From a bacterium (GTDB taxonomy: Bacteria; UBA8248; JACPRG01; G963555815), in contig OZ244653.1 of assembly GCA_965218795.1 (NCBI GenBank), forward strand, positions 2,784,001 to 2,848,000: DNA of 64,000 bases. The letters are read 5' to 3'. The notes under the pieces are model-generated. The model saw only the letters and a list, made by a program, of their open reading frames with translations, was not told the origin of the DNA and made no database searches. The translations under genes were made by a program, and so were the position numbers. Shown piece after piece: positions 40,092 through 50,186 of this stretch (positions within the stretch are counted from its first letter, which is position 1; the number at the start of each line of letters is the position of its first letter).

Positions 40092-40781
40092 GTGAAGTCT
40101 GTCGTTCGAACTCTGGCTTCAGCGTTTTGTGTGATGGGTATGGTTGGTTCCTCTGCCGCTGCCTTGGATGAGAAGCTGGAGGCTCAGCGCTTGATTGATT
40201 TGGCGCGAGTGACCGTTGAAACGATCAGGCGCAACCCCGATTTCGAGAAAGTCAACCCCCTTCTCGATCAAGCCAAAGCGGCTCTGATCATCCCGAACTT
40301 CGTAAAAGCGGGTTTCATCTTCGGCGGACAGGCCGGATCCGGTGTGCTGTTAAGGCGGAAACATGGAACCGACGATTGGGGCTACCCGGCTTTTTACAAG
40401 ATTGGAGGAGGCAGCGTCGGGCTGCAGATCGGAGTGGAAAGCGCCGAGATATTGTTTCTCATCATGACGGAAAGCGGGCTGAATTCGCTGTTGACCAACA
40501 GGGTGAAGCTGGGGGCTGATATGAGCGTGGCGCTGGGGACACTCGGAGCAGGGCTCGAAGCCGGCAAAACGGCGGTATCCATCCTGACCGATGTGTACTC
40601 CTTCTCGGTGAGCAAAGGTGTTTTCGCCGGGATATCGTTCAGTGGGGCGGTGATCTTCCCCGATACGGACCGCAATCGAGCCTACTACGGCCGACCCGTG
40701 ACGGCGACAGAAATCGTCAAAGAAAGAGCCGTGAAGAATCCGTCCGCCGAATCCCTCCGAGAGGCCTTGGCCAGGCAGTAA
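40092..40781 (+). CDS. Ysc84/SYLF lipid-binding domain protein
   Basis: KAGFIFGG..GSGVL, GGSVGLQIG, SKGVFAGIS, NRAYYG; signal peptide; GGAG RBS before GTG 40092. Confidence 0.88.
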   Translation: MKSVVRTLASAFCVMGMVGSSAAALDEKLEAQRLIDLARVTVETIRRNPDFEKVNPLLDQAKAALIIPNFVKAGFIFGGQAGSGVLLRRKHGTDDWGYPAFYKIGGGSVGLQIGVESAEILFLIMTESGLNSLLTNRVKLGADMSVALGTLGAGLEAGKTAVSILTDVYSFSVSKGVFAGISFSGAVIFPDTDRNRAYYGRPVTATEIVKERAVKNPSAESLREALARQ

Positions 40782-41048
40782 TCAGCCTTCCTGACAGCGA
40801 TGCCATCGCGCCCGTTTTGTTTTGGATATACCGCTGCATACGGATGAGCTCCTCCACCCCGAGGCGCCTGACAAGTACGGGTTTTTCACCATTCCAGTCC
40901 AACTCCGTTTGACAGGTTTCCGAGTGTTTTGCTAAGTTGGCCGCTCTCCCAAAAAGGAAGTGATTCGGAGCACGATTGCGCAAAACGGGTTCAGGGGGAC
41001 ACCTTTCATTCTGGGTTTCGACGGGAAGTCTATCGAGGAGGGAATGAC

Positions 41049-42086
41049 ATGAAGCGGTCAAAGATTGCGGTCCCGCTGGTTCTGGTCATGGGTTTATTCA
41101 TGCTGCTTCCAGGCAAGACGTCATACGCGGAGACCGTTCGTTTCGCGCTGGGGTGGGTTCCGTTCGGTCGAGACGCGGGGTGGTTTGCCGCGGTGGAAAA
41201 GGGTTATTTCGCCGCTGAAGGGCTGAAGGTCACCATCAATCGCGGGTTCGGCGGAGCAGACTCCGTGCAGAAGCTGGGCGCCGGTAAGTTCGACGTTGGG
41301 ATGACGGACCCGGGCAGCCTGATGCTGGGGCAGGCCCAGGGCATCAAGGTCAAGATGGTGGGCATGTACCACGATAAGGCGCCTTTCGTCCTCCGGTGGC
41401 TCGATCGCTCGGGAATCAAGTCTCTGAAAGATCTGGAGGGCAAGACCGTCGGGGCTCCGGCAGGGGATTCAAACCTCAAGCTCCTGCCGGCTCTACTGGG
41501 GTTGAACGGCGTTGATTTCAAAAAGGTCAAAGTGATCCATGTGTCCCCCGCGGCGAGAGAAAGCATGCTTGTATCGGGCAAGGTCAATGTCGTCACGGGT
41601 TTTCATATCCAACAACCCATGATCGACGTGATGGCGGGGAAGCAGGGGAAAAAGGTCAAGATGACCCTGTTCGCGGATCATGGGGTGGACGTTTACGGGT
41701 TCGGTGTCGCAGTGATGGAGAAATACGGCATGGAGAACGCCGGGACGCTCAGAAAGTTCATGCGCGCGGCGGTCAAGGGTATGGCCTATGGCGTCGAGCA
41801 CCCCGACGAAACAGTGAAAATGTGGTTGAAACATTATCCCCAGGGAGATCCGGCGACGAACCGACAGGTTTGGGACCTCACCATAGACGGCATGCTGACG
41901 CAGGAACAGATGAAGCTTGGAATCTGGCGGATGGAGCGCAAGAAGTGGGTCACGACGCGGGACATCCTGACCAAAGGCTATAACCTGAAAACCAAATTGC
42001 CGGTCAACGCGTTGTACACAAACGAATATCTGCCGACGATCATGGTGCCCAAACGCGGCCCCCGGACCATACCAAGACTGTGGTAA
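41049..42086 (+). CDS. ABC substrate-binding protein, NMT1/THI5-like (no adjacent permease)
   Basis: AVEKGYFAAEGLKVTINRGFGG, LKDLEGKTVG; signal peptide. Confidence 0.88.
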   Translation: MKRSKIAVPLVLVMGLFMLLPGKTSYAETVRFALGWVPFGRDAGWFAAVEKGYFAAEGLKVTINRGFGGADSVQKLGAGKFDVGMTDPGSLMLGQAQGIKVKMVGMYHDKAPFVLRWLDRSGIKSLKDLEGKTVGAPAGDSNLKLLPALLGLNGVDFKKVKVIHVSPAARESMLVSGKVNVVTGFHIQQPMIDVMAGKQGKKVKMTLFADHGVDVYGFGVAVMEKYGMENAGTLRKFMRAAVKGMAYGVEHPDETVKMWLKHYPQGDPATNRQVWDLTIDGMLTQEQMKLGIWRMERKKWVTTRDILTKGYNLKTKLPVNALYTNEYLPTIMVPKRGPRTIPRLW

Positions 42087-42289
42087 TGGTTCTGAGAGGG
42101 TCGGATCCCAAGTCGAGCGGCTCCACAGCACCGCGAGGGCATCAGGAGCGAGCGATTCAGAGCGGGGCGAAAGTAAGGATGGCGCAGGACCGTTCAGGCC
42201 CCGGCTTGTCCTGGGTCGAAAAAGCAGGTCTGGCCGGACGTCCATCAGGACGGCCGACTCGAGTTGAACTTTCAGGGGGAGGAACCGAC

Positions 42290-43108
42290 GTGCCCTACAA
42301 GAAAGGCGAGCCCGTTCGTTGGGAACACCTGACCTGGGACGAGGCCGAGGCGATTTGCAAGAAGGTGGGAATGGCCATCGTATGTGTCGGGGCTATCGAG
42401 CAGCATGGGCAGCACCTTCCGGTCAACGTTGACATTTCAATCAATTACGAGATTGGCAAACGCATCTCCGCCGCGACCGGCGTCCCCATTCTTCCGCCTA
42501 TCTACCCCGGCGTTTCGGAATCCCACGGATTCGCCGGGACCATCTTCGTCCGTCCCGAAACGCTGTCCATGATGATGTACGACATCTGCCGAAGCCTGTA
42601 TGAGAAAAGCAGGGTCAAGAAGATTCTCGTCATCAACGGGCACATGTGGAATCAAGCCGCCAACCTGGCCATCCGGGACAACATCCGGTGCGATTACGAG
42701 GATCTGCAGATCCGCGTGCTCAACTGGTGGGACTTTGACCCGGAGGTCTACGCCCTGGTCGCCTCCGACTGCCCTCTTGGGAGGAGCCTGCACGCGAATA
42801 TCGGCGAGACCTCCTGCATGCTCGCCATTTCGCCTGAGCTGTGCGACATGAAGAAGGCCAAGCGGCTCAAGGTGGACAATCCGGAATATCCCCATTTTTG
42901 GGACTACCGGGAAGAGGAGATGACCCAGAGCGGCGTCATGGGGTCTGCGGCGACAAAGGCCACCGCGGAGCTGGGGGAGAAAATCATCTCACTGGCAGCC
43001 GGCAAACTGATCCCGGAAGTGAAGAAGGCCCTCAAGGAGAAACCCCGCTATAAGGCGCCGAACAAGCTGGCCAGGCCCCCGAAAGGCGACGGCTCAAAGA
43101 AAAAATAA
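42290..43108 (+). CDS. Creatininase family amidohydrolase
   Basis: GAIEQHGQHLPVNVD, GVSESH, NGH..N, HAN..ETS, SGVMG; GGAGG before GTG 42290. Confidence 0.9.
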   Translation: MPYKKGEPVRWEHLTWDEAEAICKKVGMAIVCVGAIEQHGQHLPVNVDISINYEIGKRISAATGVPILPPIYPGVSESHGFAGTIFVRPETLSMMMYDICRSLYEKSRVKKILVINGHMWNQAANLAIRDNIRCDYEDLQIRVLNWWDFDPEVYALVASDCPLGRSLHANIGETSCMLAISPELCDMKKAKRLKVDNPEYPHFWDYREEEMTQSGVMGSAATKATAELGEKIISLAAGKLIPEVKKALKEKPRYKAPNKLARPPKGDGSKKK

Positions 43109-43138
43109 CCCTCATTCTCGGAAAACGGAGGAAATCCA

Positions 43139-43915
43139 GTGGTGTTCAAGGGCTGGAAGATGTACGACCTGACCATGGCCTTGGGGCATGATTATCCGGC
43201 CTTCCCCATTGGCTTGCAGGACGTCCGTATTGTCAGGGACGTGCGCCGGGCGCGCTATATGGCCAATGCGGACAAACTCGAAATGTCCTGCCATGCGGGG
43301 ACGCATTTGGACGGGCCCATGCATTTCGAGCCCGTGGGCAAGACCATCGATCAGTTTCCGCTGGCCGGGAAGCTGGTCGGGGAGGGGGTTATCGTCGATA
43401 TCAGCAAGCAGTGTGGAGATTACGATTTTTACGGTGAACAGGAGATCATGGACTCAGGCGCGGACGTCCGGCCCGGGGATATCCTGTTCATCCACACGGG
43501 CTACTGGAAATATGCACCGGGACTGCCCAAGGAGGATGACATTCGGTACTTCTACAAGCACCCGGGCCCCCAGATGGACTTCGCCAAGTGGTGCAGGAAG
43601 ATGAGGTTCAAATACCTGGGAATCGACGGGGGCAGCCAGGATCACCCGCTAAACACGGGTCTTCAGGGCCGGATTCCGTTCGTGGACGAGGAGTTTTGCA
43701 GGAAGCACAAGGTGGAGAACGTGCAGGATATCTTTCCCCGAAAGACCTGGCAGCTCATGCACAGCGAGCTCTTCAAGCACGAGATCATTCACGTCGAGAA
43801 CCTGGGGGGCGATATACAAAAGGTCGCCAACAAGCGGGCGGTCATCGGAACCTTTCCCCTGAAGCTCATCTCCGAATCTGCCCCTTGCCGGGTTGTGGCG
43901 TGGATCGAAGCGTAG
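43139..43915 (+). CDS. Cyclase / kynurenine formamidase family metal hydrolase
   Basis: HAGTHLDGPMHF, GDILFIHTG, GID, HVENL, APCRVVA. Confidence 0.9.
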   Translation: MVFKGWKMYDLTMALGHDYPAFPIGLQDVRIVRDVRRARYMANADKLEMSCHAGTHLDGPMHFEPVGKTIDQFPLAGKLVGEGVIVDISKQCGDYDFYGEQEIMDSGADVRPGDILFIHTGYWKYAPGLPKEDDIRYFYKHPGPQMDFAKWCRKMRFKYLGIDGGSQDHPLNTGLQGRIPFVDEEFCRKHKVENVQDIFPRKTWQLMHSELFKHEIIHVENLGGDIQKVANKRAVIGTFPLKLISESAPCRVVAWIEA

Positions 43916-43950
43916 TGTACAACCAGGCATCTTCCCGAAAAAAAGATATT
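43915..43950 (+). repeat. Third copy of the GTGTACAAC(G)CAGGCATCTTCC end motif, at the edge of the mobile region
   Basis: GTGTACAACCAGGCATCTTCCCGAAAAAAAGATATT aligns with the reverse complement of 39841-39876. Confidence 0.7.
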
Positions 43951-44166
43951 GTTATAAATCCCTCACTCCGCCAATGATGCGCCCGATTGCGTCAGATTAG
44001 GATAATTATCTGTTTTTATTTGGCTATTTCTGTTTTTTGCCCACATCCCGCCCCTTACATTCCCGTCAAGCCTGTGCTCAAATACGCACCGATTCGATGC
44101 ATCTCGTGTGCGTTTTGATTACGGAATTACCTACCGGTCACCATGGAACAAAGGCAAGGATGGTCC

Positions 44167-44922
44167 ATGCCCAGACGAAGCGAGCTCAGGATCACCAAGC
44201 GCACCGTGGATGCGCTCACCGTCGAAGCCGAGGACGCCGTCTTCTGGGACCGGGACCTGGCGGGCTTCGGGGTGCGGGTCCATGCCACCGGTCGCAAGGT
44301 CTACGTGGTTCAGTCCCGGGGGCCGGCCGGGCCGAAGCGAGTGACCCTCGGGCGGCATGGGGACCTGTCGACCGATGAGGCGAGGAAACGGGCGGCCGTG
44401 GTCATCGACCGCATCAAGCGGGGCGAGGACCCCGTGCCCGCGCCGCCCGAACCGGACCTCACCGTGGCCGAACTGGCCGAACGGTTCCTGCGCGTCCATG
44501 TCATGGTGCATTGCAAGCCGAGCACCGCCGCAACGTATCGGTTCATGCTCGACAAGCACATCTTGCCGGTGTTGGGCGGGAAGGCGATCGGCGAGGTCGG
44601 ACGACGGGAGATTTCGGCGCTGCATCACCGGCTTCGCGACACGCCGACAATGGCCAACACGGTGGTCGATATCCTGTCGAAAATGTTCTCGCTGGCCGAG
44701 GCGTGGGACCGGATACCGCCCGGACGGAACCCGTGCCGGTCGGTGCGCCGTTACAAGACGCGGTCGCGGGAGCGGTTTCTGACGCCGGAGGAGTTTAGGC
44801 GCCTGGGCCGTGTATTGAGGGATGCGGAAACGGACGGCTCGGTGTGGCCGGCGGCGATTGCGGCGCTCCGGCTGCTGATGCTGACCGGATGCCGGAAGAG
44901 CGAGATCCTGACCCTGCGCTGA
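44167..44922 (+). pseudogene. Tyrosine integrase with arm-binding domain, truncated after catalytic box I
   Basis: FWDRDLAGFGVRV, RVTLGRHG, NPC, RERFLT, LLMLTGCRKSEILTLR then stop; HxxR and Tyr segments missing. Confidence 0.88.
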
Positions 44923-45404
44923 GATTTCATGGATCGCTTTTTCCCACGCGTTGCGGCTGTTACATAACATATTGATATTATATGTAGATATCTGTTTCTC
45001 CATGCTTCCTGACTGACGGCTACCTGCAAAGTTCAACACTATTTCAACACGGAGATCGGGTCGTACCGAGTCGCGCTCCTGACGCCGTGTGCCGCCGCCG
45101 ATCCGCCGTTTCCGCCGATTCGAGACCATCGGCCGCGCGAATCGTAGCCGTTCGGACTCCGGCCCGGAGCCGCCCCGAACCCGGAAGCCCCCCGCCGGCG
45201 AGGGCCGCAATGATGGCGTTGACCAATGCCATCGCGTTGCCGGTGCGCCGTCCGTTGCCGCGAACCAATGCCGCGGGCGATCCCGTTCCAGGCGGTTCAT
45301 CTCCATTCCGGAACGATACCGTTCTCCCGCAGGAACTCTTCCACCAGCTCCGCAATCTGCTCTTCCTAGGAGGCGTAGAAGGCATGAACCGCACCCTCGT
45401 CGCG

Positions 45405-45600
45405 GACGTCACGCCGTTCGTGATGGCAATCGCGATGTGTGCGGCGGCGTTGGCAGCTTGGCGCGGAATCGCTCAGACATCAAGCAGATTCCGGGCGAGG
45501 TTCGCGGCATCTGCGGGCGCATCAAGAAACACAACAGTTTCGAGTGCCATCAACCAGGAACGGGCTGCAACCGGGTCTCCTACCCTTGCTTCCGCGACGA
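45405..45600 (-). pseudogene. Degraded PIN-domain toxin fragment
   Basis: Manual translation IVAEARVGDPVAARSWLMALETVVFLDAPADAANLARNLLDV*AIPRQAANAAAHIAIAITNGV resembles the PIN pattern E..GD...LA..L...IP...DA.HIA; internal stop, both ends missing. Confidence 0.55.
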
Positions 45601-46312
45601 TTCACGACCTCCGTCATTCTTGTGTAACTTTAAGGGATTTCCACGTGCTCAAAAGTCTCGTATCTGTTTGTTATCACTTGTATTTCTCACCATCAACGCA
45701 ACCCGCCTGATTACGCCTTTCCTCATTACGTAATCGTTTCGCAATCGGATCTGATCAATATCCAGGCACGACATGTCCGCGCTTGTCGTAATCGTTCGGC
45801 CAGGCCGTGATGGCGGGACCGGGGCAACGGCGGTTCGGTGTCTTGTCCGAACGTGGTCGGTCCGGCCCAGTGTCTCGGCCATCTACGACAGCGACAGGAG
45901 AATCAAGCGGTTACGGTGAACGGCCAGCATTCTAAACTTGGTCGTCATTTCCGTGAACCCACCGTCGAGCTTGGCGCAGCCGATGCCGAGTCCGCTCCAT
46001 CACGGCTTGGCCGAACAAATGCCGCTTGTCGGTAAACGATGGGGTGGACGGCCCCAGAGCGGCCGATTCCGCGCCACCACCGCGCGGAGGAAAACACGCT
46101 TTCAATCCCGGAAAACGATCCGGACGCGCATAGCGCCCGGTCCGCCGATAAGCGCCATTTATCAAAGAAGTCCTGCCCTGAAACTGACACCAACCGCAAG
46201 CCCTACGGTCGACACCTGGCCTCGCCATGGGGGGTAACTCATCAATTTCATCCATATAAGCCTTCCAGCGCTAGATTGAAGATAGTTTCCTACGCCTACG
46301 GTGTCAGAATAA

Positions 46313-48331
46313 TCATGCGCTTAACGACTGTTGTGAGCGAACCAAGAAACGATGTCTCAACGGTCGAAGTTCGTGTTCCGCCGTAATCGACAGCGTTCCA
46401 TCTTTTGCATTGCCAAGCGTCAGCCGTTTCCCAGACACCTGATTTGAACTCGTTAGTCTGCGACACATCAAGTCTGCAAGGGCGTTATCTTCGACAGCAC
46501 AAACGATCTGACGACCACTTTGGCAAAGGTGGGCAAGCACTTCGGCAAGATGAATGGCGCGAAAATCATCGACGTGCTGAACAGGATCATCGAGAAGGAT
46601 CGATCTCCATCGACTCCAAGCAATCGACAGATTCATTGAAAGTAAGAATGCCAGCCCCGTTGCGCGACGTTGGCCACTAGAAAATACGAATTGTGGATTG
46701 ACATCGCCACCCACCTGCAACTTTAGAAACCGTCTAACGTCGCCTCGAACGCTATACTCAATATCGTCCCAAATCGGGTGAGGCCGAAGCCGTTTGTAAA
46801 GTTCAGACATCAATGGGAGTACTCGGTCTAGGCGCTGGTCCAACGATTCTGCAGCAGCGCGTCTCACAGCGTCGTGAACTACCTTAGCCCGTGTTTCCGC
46901 GAGACGAACTCGTCCGAGCCGCACCTCGGATCGTTCCACCCGCTCTCTTTCGTCTCTATGAACTTCCAACGCCTTCGTCAGCACTTGATTAAGGGCCATT
47001 GTGTCAAGAATTTTCAGTTCCTTCTCAATTGCAGCACGCTCACTCTCCAGCCCAACGACCTGCCCCGCTAAGCTATCAGGCGTAGCACCCGCAAGGCCGA
47101 CCGCCTCTTGAAAAGACTCAAAATCCCCAATCCTCGATAATGCTACATTTTGATGCTCAATAGCCGCATCCAGTTCACGTTTTGCAATTGCTACGCGCTC
47201 TGTTATTTCGGTGAGAGCTCGTTCCCTTTCTGCCTGTTCGACCGCTTGAGCGTCAAGTTGGCGAGCAATGGTCAGAGCAGATTCCAGACCTTCTATAAAG
47301 GCCGTCTCGCTGATTTCACTCTCACAAAGCGGGCAATGTCCCGCTCTAGTCCCAATCGCTCTCCCCAAATTGACAAGGCTTTCAAGTTGACGGGCTTCCA
47401 ATGAGATATCTGTTGATTCGAGTTTGGCACCTATGGTCGCCTTTCTGGACTCTAATTCCTCAGTGGCAGAAACCCATGCCATTTCTGCGTTCTTTACTCG
47501 TCTTTTGAGTTCGGAGAGATTAGTCCTCACTTGCTCTACTTCGGATAAGCGTTGTAAAAAACTATTTACCAGTTCCAGACGTGTTTGAAGCTCCGCGGTC
47601 CTTAGACGAGCAATATCGCCTAGCTCATCCGCAGGAGCCGTTGTATTTAGAAGAGATTGAAGACGTGTAACTGCGGTGCCAAGAAGGGACTCTGCAGTCA
47701 ATTCTGATCGAACCTGATCGAGATGCCTAACAGAGTTAGCGAGATTGCTATTAGCCTGTTCGAGTTCTACTACCGCAGTTTCAACTTTCTTTGACGCCGT
47801 TGATACGATCCTTGAAGCCTTGCTGATCCATTCCTCGGCATCAACCGCACCGATTGCGTCACGCAGCAACGTAAATCTTTCTCCTTCCTTCAAGTCAAGA
47901 CTGAGACGAGCAATATGTTCATCCCTTATGATAGTTGCAGCACAAAGTTGCGTGATTGCAGTTTTTGGGGAAAAGTCTCTATCAACCAGCTTCTCTATCG
48001 CGTGGGAAACGTCAAGGTCGACAGCGTCGAACGGCGTCCTTTTTACCGAATATTGTTCTGCACCATCATCAAAACCCACCTCTACGTAGCGTTCTCCTTG
48101 AACGTCACCGTCACCGCTCCACCAAAGATAGTCGTCAACAGACTCGCCCGATGCCCTTGCATCCAGGTATTTTGAAATTGATCCAGTTAGGGCAAATTCA
48201 ACCGCGTCGAAAATCGTACTCTTTCCAACTCCGTTTCGGCCATCGATGATGGTAAACGTATCAGAAAAGGAAATGTGGATTGGTCCGCTAAATCCACGAA
48301 AGCCACACAGATCGACGAACGCGAGTTTCAT
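46313..48331 (-). CDS. SMC/Rad50-like coiled-coil ABC ATPase (ABC-3C / LmuB-like)
   Basis: GRNGVGKST Walker A, long coiled coil, central CPLC zinc hook, FSSGQ signature, ILLDDPVQHVD Walker B/D-loop. Confidence 0.88.
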   Translation of the reverse strand: MKLAFVDLCGFRGFSGPIHISFSDTFTIIDGRNGVGKSTIFDAVEFALTGSISKYLDARASGESVDDYLWWSGDGDVQGERYVEVGFDDGAEQYSVKRTPFDAVDLDVSHAIEKLVDRDFSPKTAITQLCAATIIRDEHIARLSLDLKEGERFTLLRDAIGAVDAEEWISKASRIVSTASKKVETAVVELEQANSNLANSVRHLDQVRSELTAESLLGTAVTRLQSLLNTTAPADELGDIARLRTAELQTRLELVNSFLQRLSEVEQVRTNLSELKRRVKNAEMAWVSATEELESRKATIGAKLESTDISLEARQLESLVNLGRAIGTRAGHCPLCESEISETAFIEGLESALTIARQLDAQAVEQAERERALTEITERVAIAKRELDAAIEHQNVALSRIGDFESFQEAVGLAGATPDSLAGQVVGLESERAAIEKELKILDTMALNQVLTKALEVHRDERERVERSEVRLGRVRLAETRAKVVHDAVRRAAAESLDQRLDRVLPLMSELYKRLRPHPIWDDIEYSVRGDVRRFLKLQVGGDVNPQFVFSSGQRRATGLAFLLSMNLSIAWSRWRSILLDDPVQHVDDFRAIHLAEVLAHLCQSGRQIVCAVEDNALADLMCRRLTSSNQVSGKRLTLGNAKDGTLSITAEHELRPLRHRFLVRSQQSLSA

Positions 48332-48864
48332 TCCCTGTTCTCCAAGAATTGAAATAACACAGAATCGCTCGCATTTGACAGAAATCCCTCGACCAATTCC
48401 GCAGGAAGTTCCGATGTGCGAAGCCTAATCTCAGCCATCATGTCAACCTTATCCAACCGAGGCGCATTCTGTACGCCTAGAAGCGGCATCAACGCGCTTC
48501 GCAATTCCTCAGCATGAGCAACACCAGCACGTGCTATCTTCCTCGTCCCAACAAGATCCTCTTCAATATTACCGAGGATAATATTTTGGCCGTAGTCACC
48601 CACTTCATCTGCCAATAGTACCAAATAGGCATTCCACGATTTCTCTCCTGCTTGTCGTAGAGACAATTGTGCGTGTTCCAGAATGCGCAAGGAAGATGTT
48701 CTCCAATTCTCTATCAATGTAGCTGCATCCGGATAGTGGTGAACAAAACCCAATACCGTATCGTTTTCGAACGTTGTAACGGTACCGTCTTGGGCCTCAA
48801 GGGTACCAATGCTATATCCCGCGCTTGATAAGTATTTATGCAACCTTGACTTCGTATTATTCAT
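48328..48864 (-). CDS. Small middle-component protein (ABC-3C MC / LmuC-like)
   Basis: 178 aa with 4-nt overlaps to both neighbours; WNAYLVL and IEED...RKI patterns resemble ABC-3C middle components. Confidence 0.6.
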   Translation of the reverse strand: MNNTKSRLHKYLSSAGYSIGTLEAQDGTVTTFENDTVLGFVHHYPDAATLIENWRTSSLRILEHAQLSLRQAGEKSWNAYLVLLADEVGDYGQNIILGNIEEDLVGTRKIARAGVAHAEELRSALMPLLGVQNAPRLDKVDMMAEIRLRTSELPAELVEGFLSNASDSVLFQFLENRE

Positions 48865-50186
48865 AGGTCGAACTCCTTAACCGCATCACCCCGCGAAAGC
48901 CATTTTCCGCTCGGCCCGCGGACGATGGACCCGTTGCCGGAACCTCTCGCTATGTTAGGGGGTAGTAAGTATGACTCGGCGCCTACGGCAACAGTAACAT
49001 CTGGAGCAATCGCTGGTGGTAACTTACCAGAAAAAGCAGCCTTGACTTCGTGGAGCGGCTGGTTCGCTGAGCGAACCACGCGGATTCGTGTTTCTCCGAG
49101 TTTCCAATAGCTTCCATCGGACACCGCCCCACGCGCTTGGAGTTGAAGAATAGTCATCCCGATCAGCGGCTCATCGGCTGGATCACGCTGCTTGGCAGGT
49201 TTGTTCGGTTTGCACCCTTCAAGGTCACGCCTCATCTGCCACAGTATTTCAGGATCTTCAGAACCAGGTTCCAACCAAGCGGCGGTGGCATCGTAACCTG
49301 CGTTTTCTTGAAATGCGGTCTTTCCGGAATGCAAGATACGGCGGATGAAGGATTTTGAGAAATCAACGCGAAGTCTTTTGAGAAAGGTGTCACTTGAACT
49401 GCGTACGTGGACAAAATCCATTGTGGCCCGCCGCCCAAGACTATAAAGGGCCGGTGCTTTTTCCTCGAATTCCGCAGTTTCGCAAGGATCGACAACGATA
49501 ACGCGGCTGGGATTGACCGTTCCAAGAGAATTTTCAAGAACTTGATTTAGGTAATCCCAATCAGTCGAATAACCTACAACCAAGAGATCGCGGTTTGCCA
49601 AACGTGTTTCTAGCCACTGCGCACACTCGCCGATCCTTGTCATGATCGGATCCGTGTCGATCTGGTTTGTTGCCCATATCGTCCCTACCGGATCATTCCA
49701 GCATCCGTGAATCTTTAGAAGCGGAGCCTTGTCATCAGGAAGGTTTAACATGTGCATGCGGCATACACCCGATCCAATGTGGCCGAACAACATATTTCCA
49801 GCAGCTTCAATAAGCGTATCAACATTGGTGGAAACAGTCGTCTTTATTCCTCCGGTAAGCATTAGATCAGCTACGGAGAAATGTCCAGAATTGGGCCATC
49901 CTGAAAATGCGTCGCGATCAATGTATGTACGTAAGTAGACAGTATAGAGCTCGTCTTGATTAAAGAAAAACTGCGCCTGATCTTCGATTGCCTCTGGAAG
50001 TGGCGGGCGAGTGGAACCAAAGGTCGCATCGTACTTCTCTTTGGCACTATGTGCCAACTGCGCTGCACTAGGGATTGAGCTTGGTGCAGCCATCGACAAT
50101 CCTGCCCCACACAGAAGTGCCAGACGATTGTTCAACAAAGCATCCATAGCTTTGTCGACACCATCTTGGAAAGCAATTTCTTTCAT
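48861..50186 (-). CDS. SIR2-like domain effector with C-terminal extension
   Basis: LLCGAGLS, STNVDTLIE, LLKIHG, LLVVGYS..D, IVVDP motifs. Confidence 0.82.
   Translation of the reverse strand: MKEIAFQDGVDKAMDALLNNRLALLCGAGLSMAAPSSIPSAAQLAHSAKEKYDATFGSTRPPLPEAIEDQAQFFFNQDELYTVYLRTYIDRDAFSGWPNSGHFSVADLMLTGGIKTTVSTNVDTLIEAAGNMLFGHIGSGVCRMHMLNLPDDKAPLLKIHGCWNDPVGTIWATNQIDTDPIMTRIGECAQWLETRLANRDLLVVGYSTDWDYLNQVLENSLGTVNPSRVIVVDPCETAEFEEKAPALYSLGRRATMDFVHVRSSSDTFLKRLRVDFSKSFIRRILHSGKTAFQENAGYDATAAWLEPGSEDPEILWQMRRDLEGCKPNKPAKQRDPADEPLIGMTILQLQARGAVSDGSYWKLGETRIRVVRSANQPLHEVKAAFSGKLPPAIAPDVTVAVGAESYLLPPNIARGSGNGSIVRGPSGKWLSRGDAVKEFDL

Noticed and set aside
45472-45478. In-frame TGA in the PIN-like fragment as a third Sec codon
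   Set aside because: It is not at a Cys-type position, the fragment lacks both ends and a conserved Asp, and it lies in decayed mobile DNA; a nonsense mutation is simpler.
45590-45625. IHDLRHSC as the continuation of the integrase at 44167..44922
   Set aside because: It is about 670 nt downstream, very short and separated by unrelated fragments; at most a scrap of an integrase, not a split or recoded gene.
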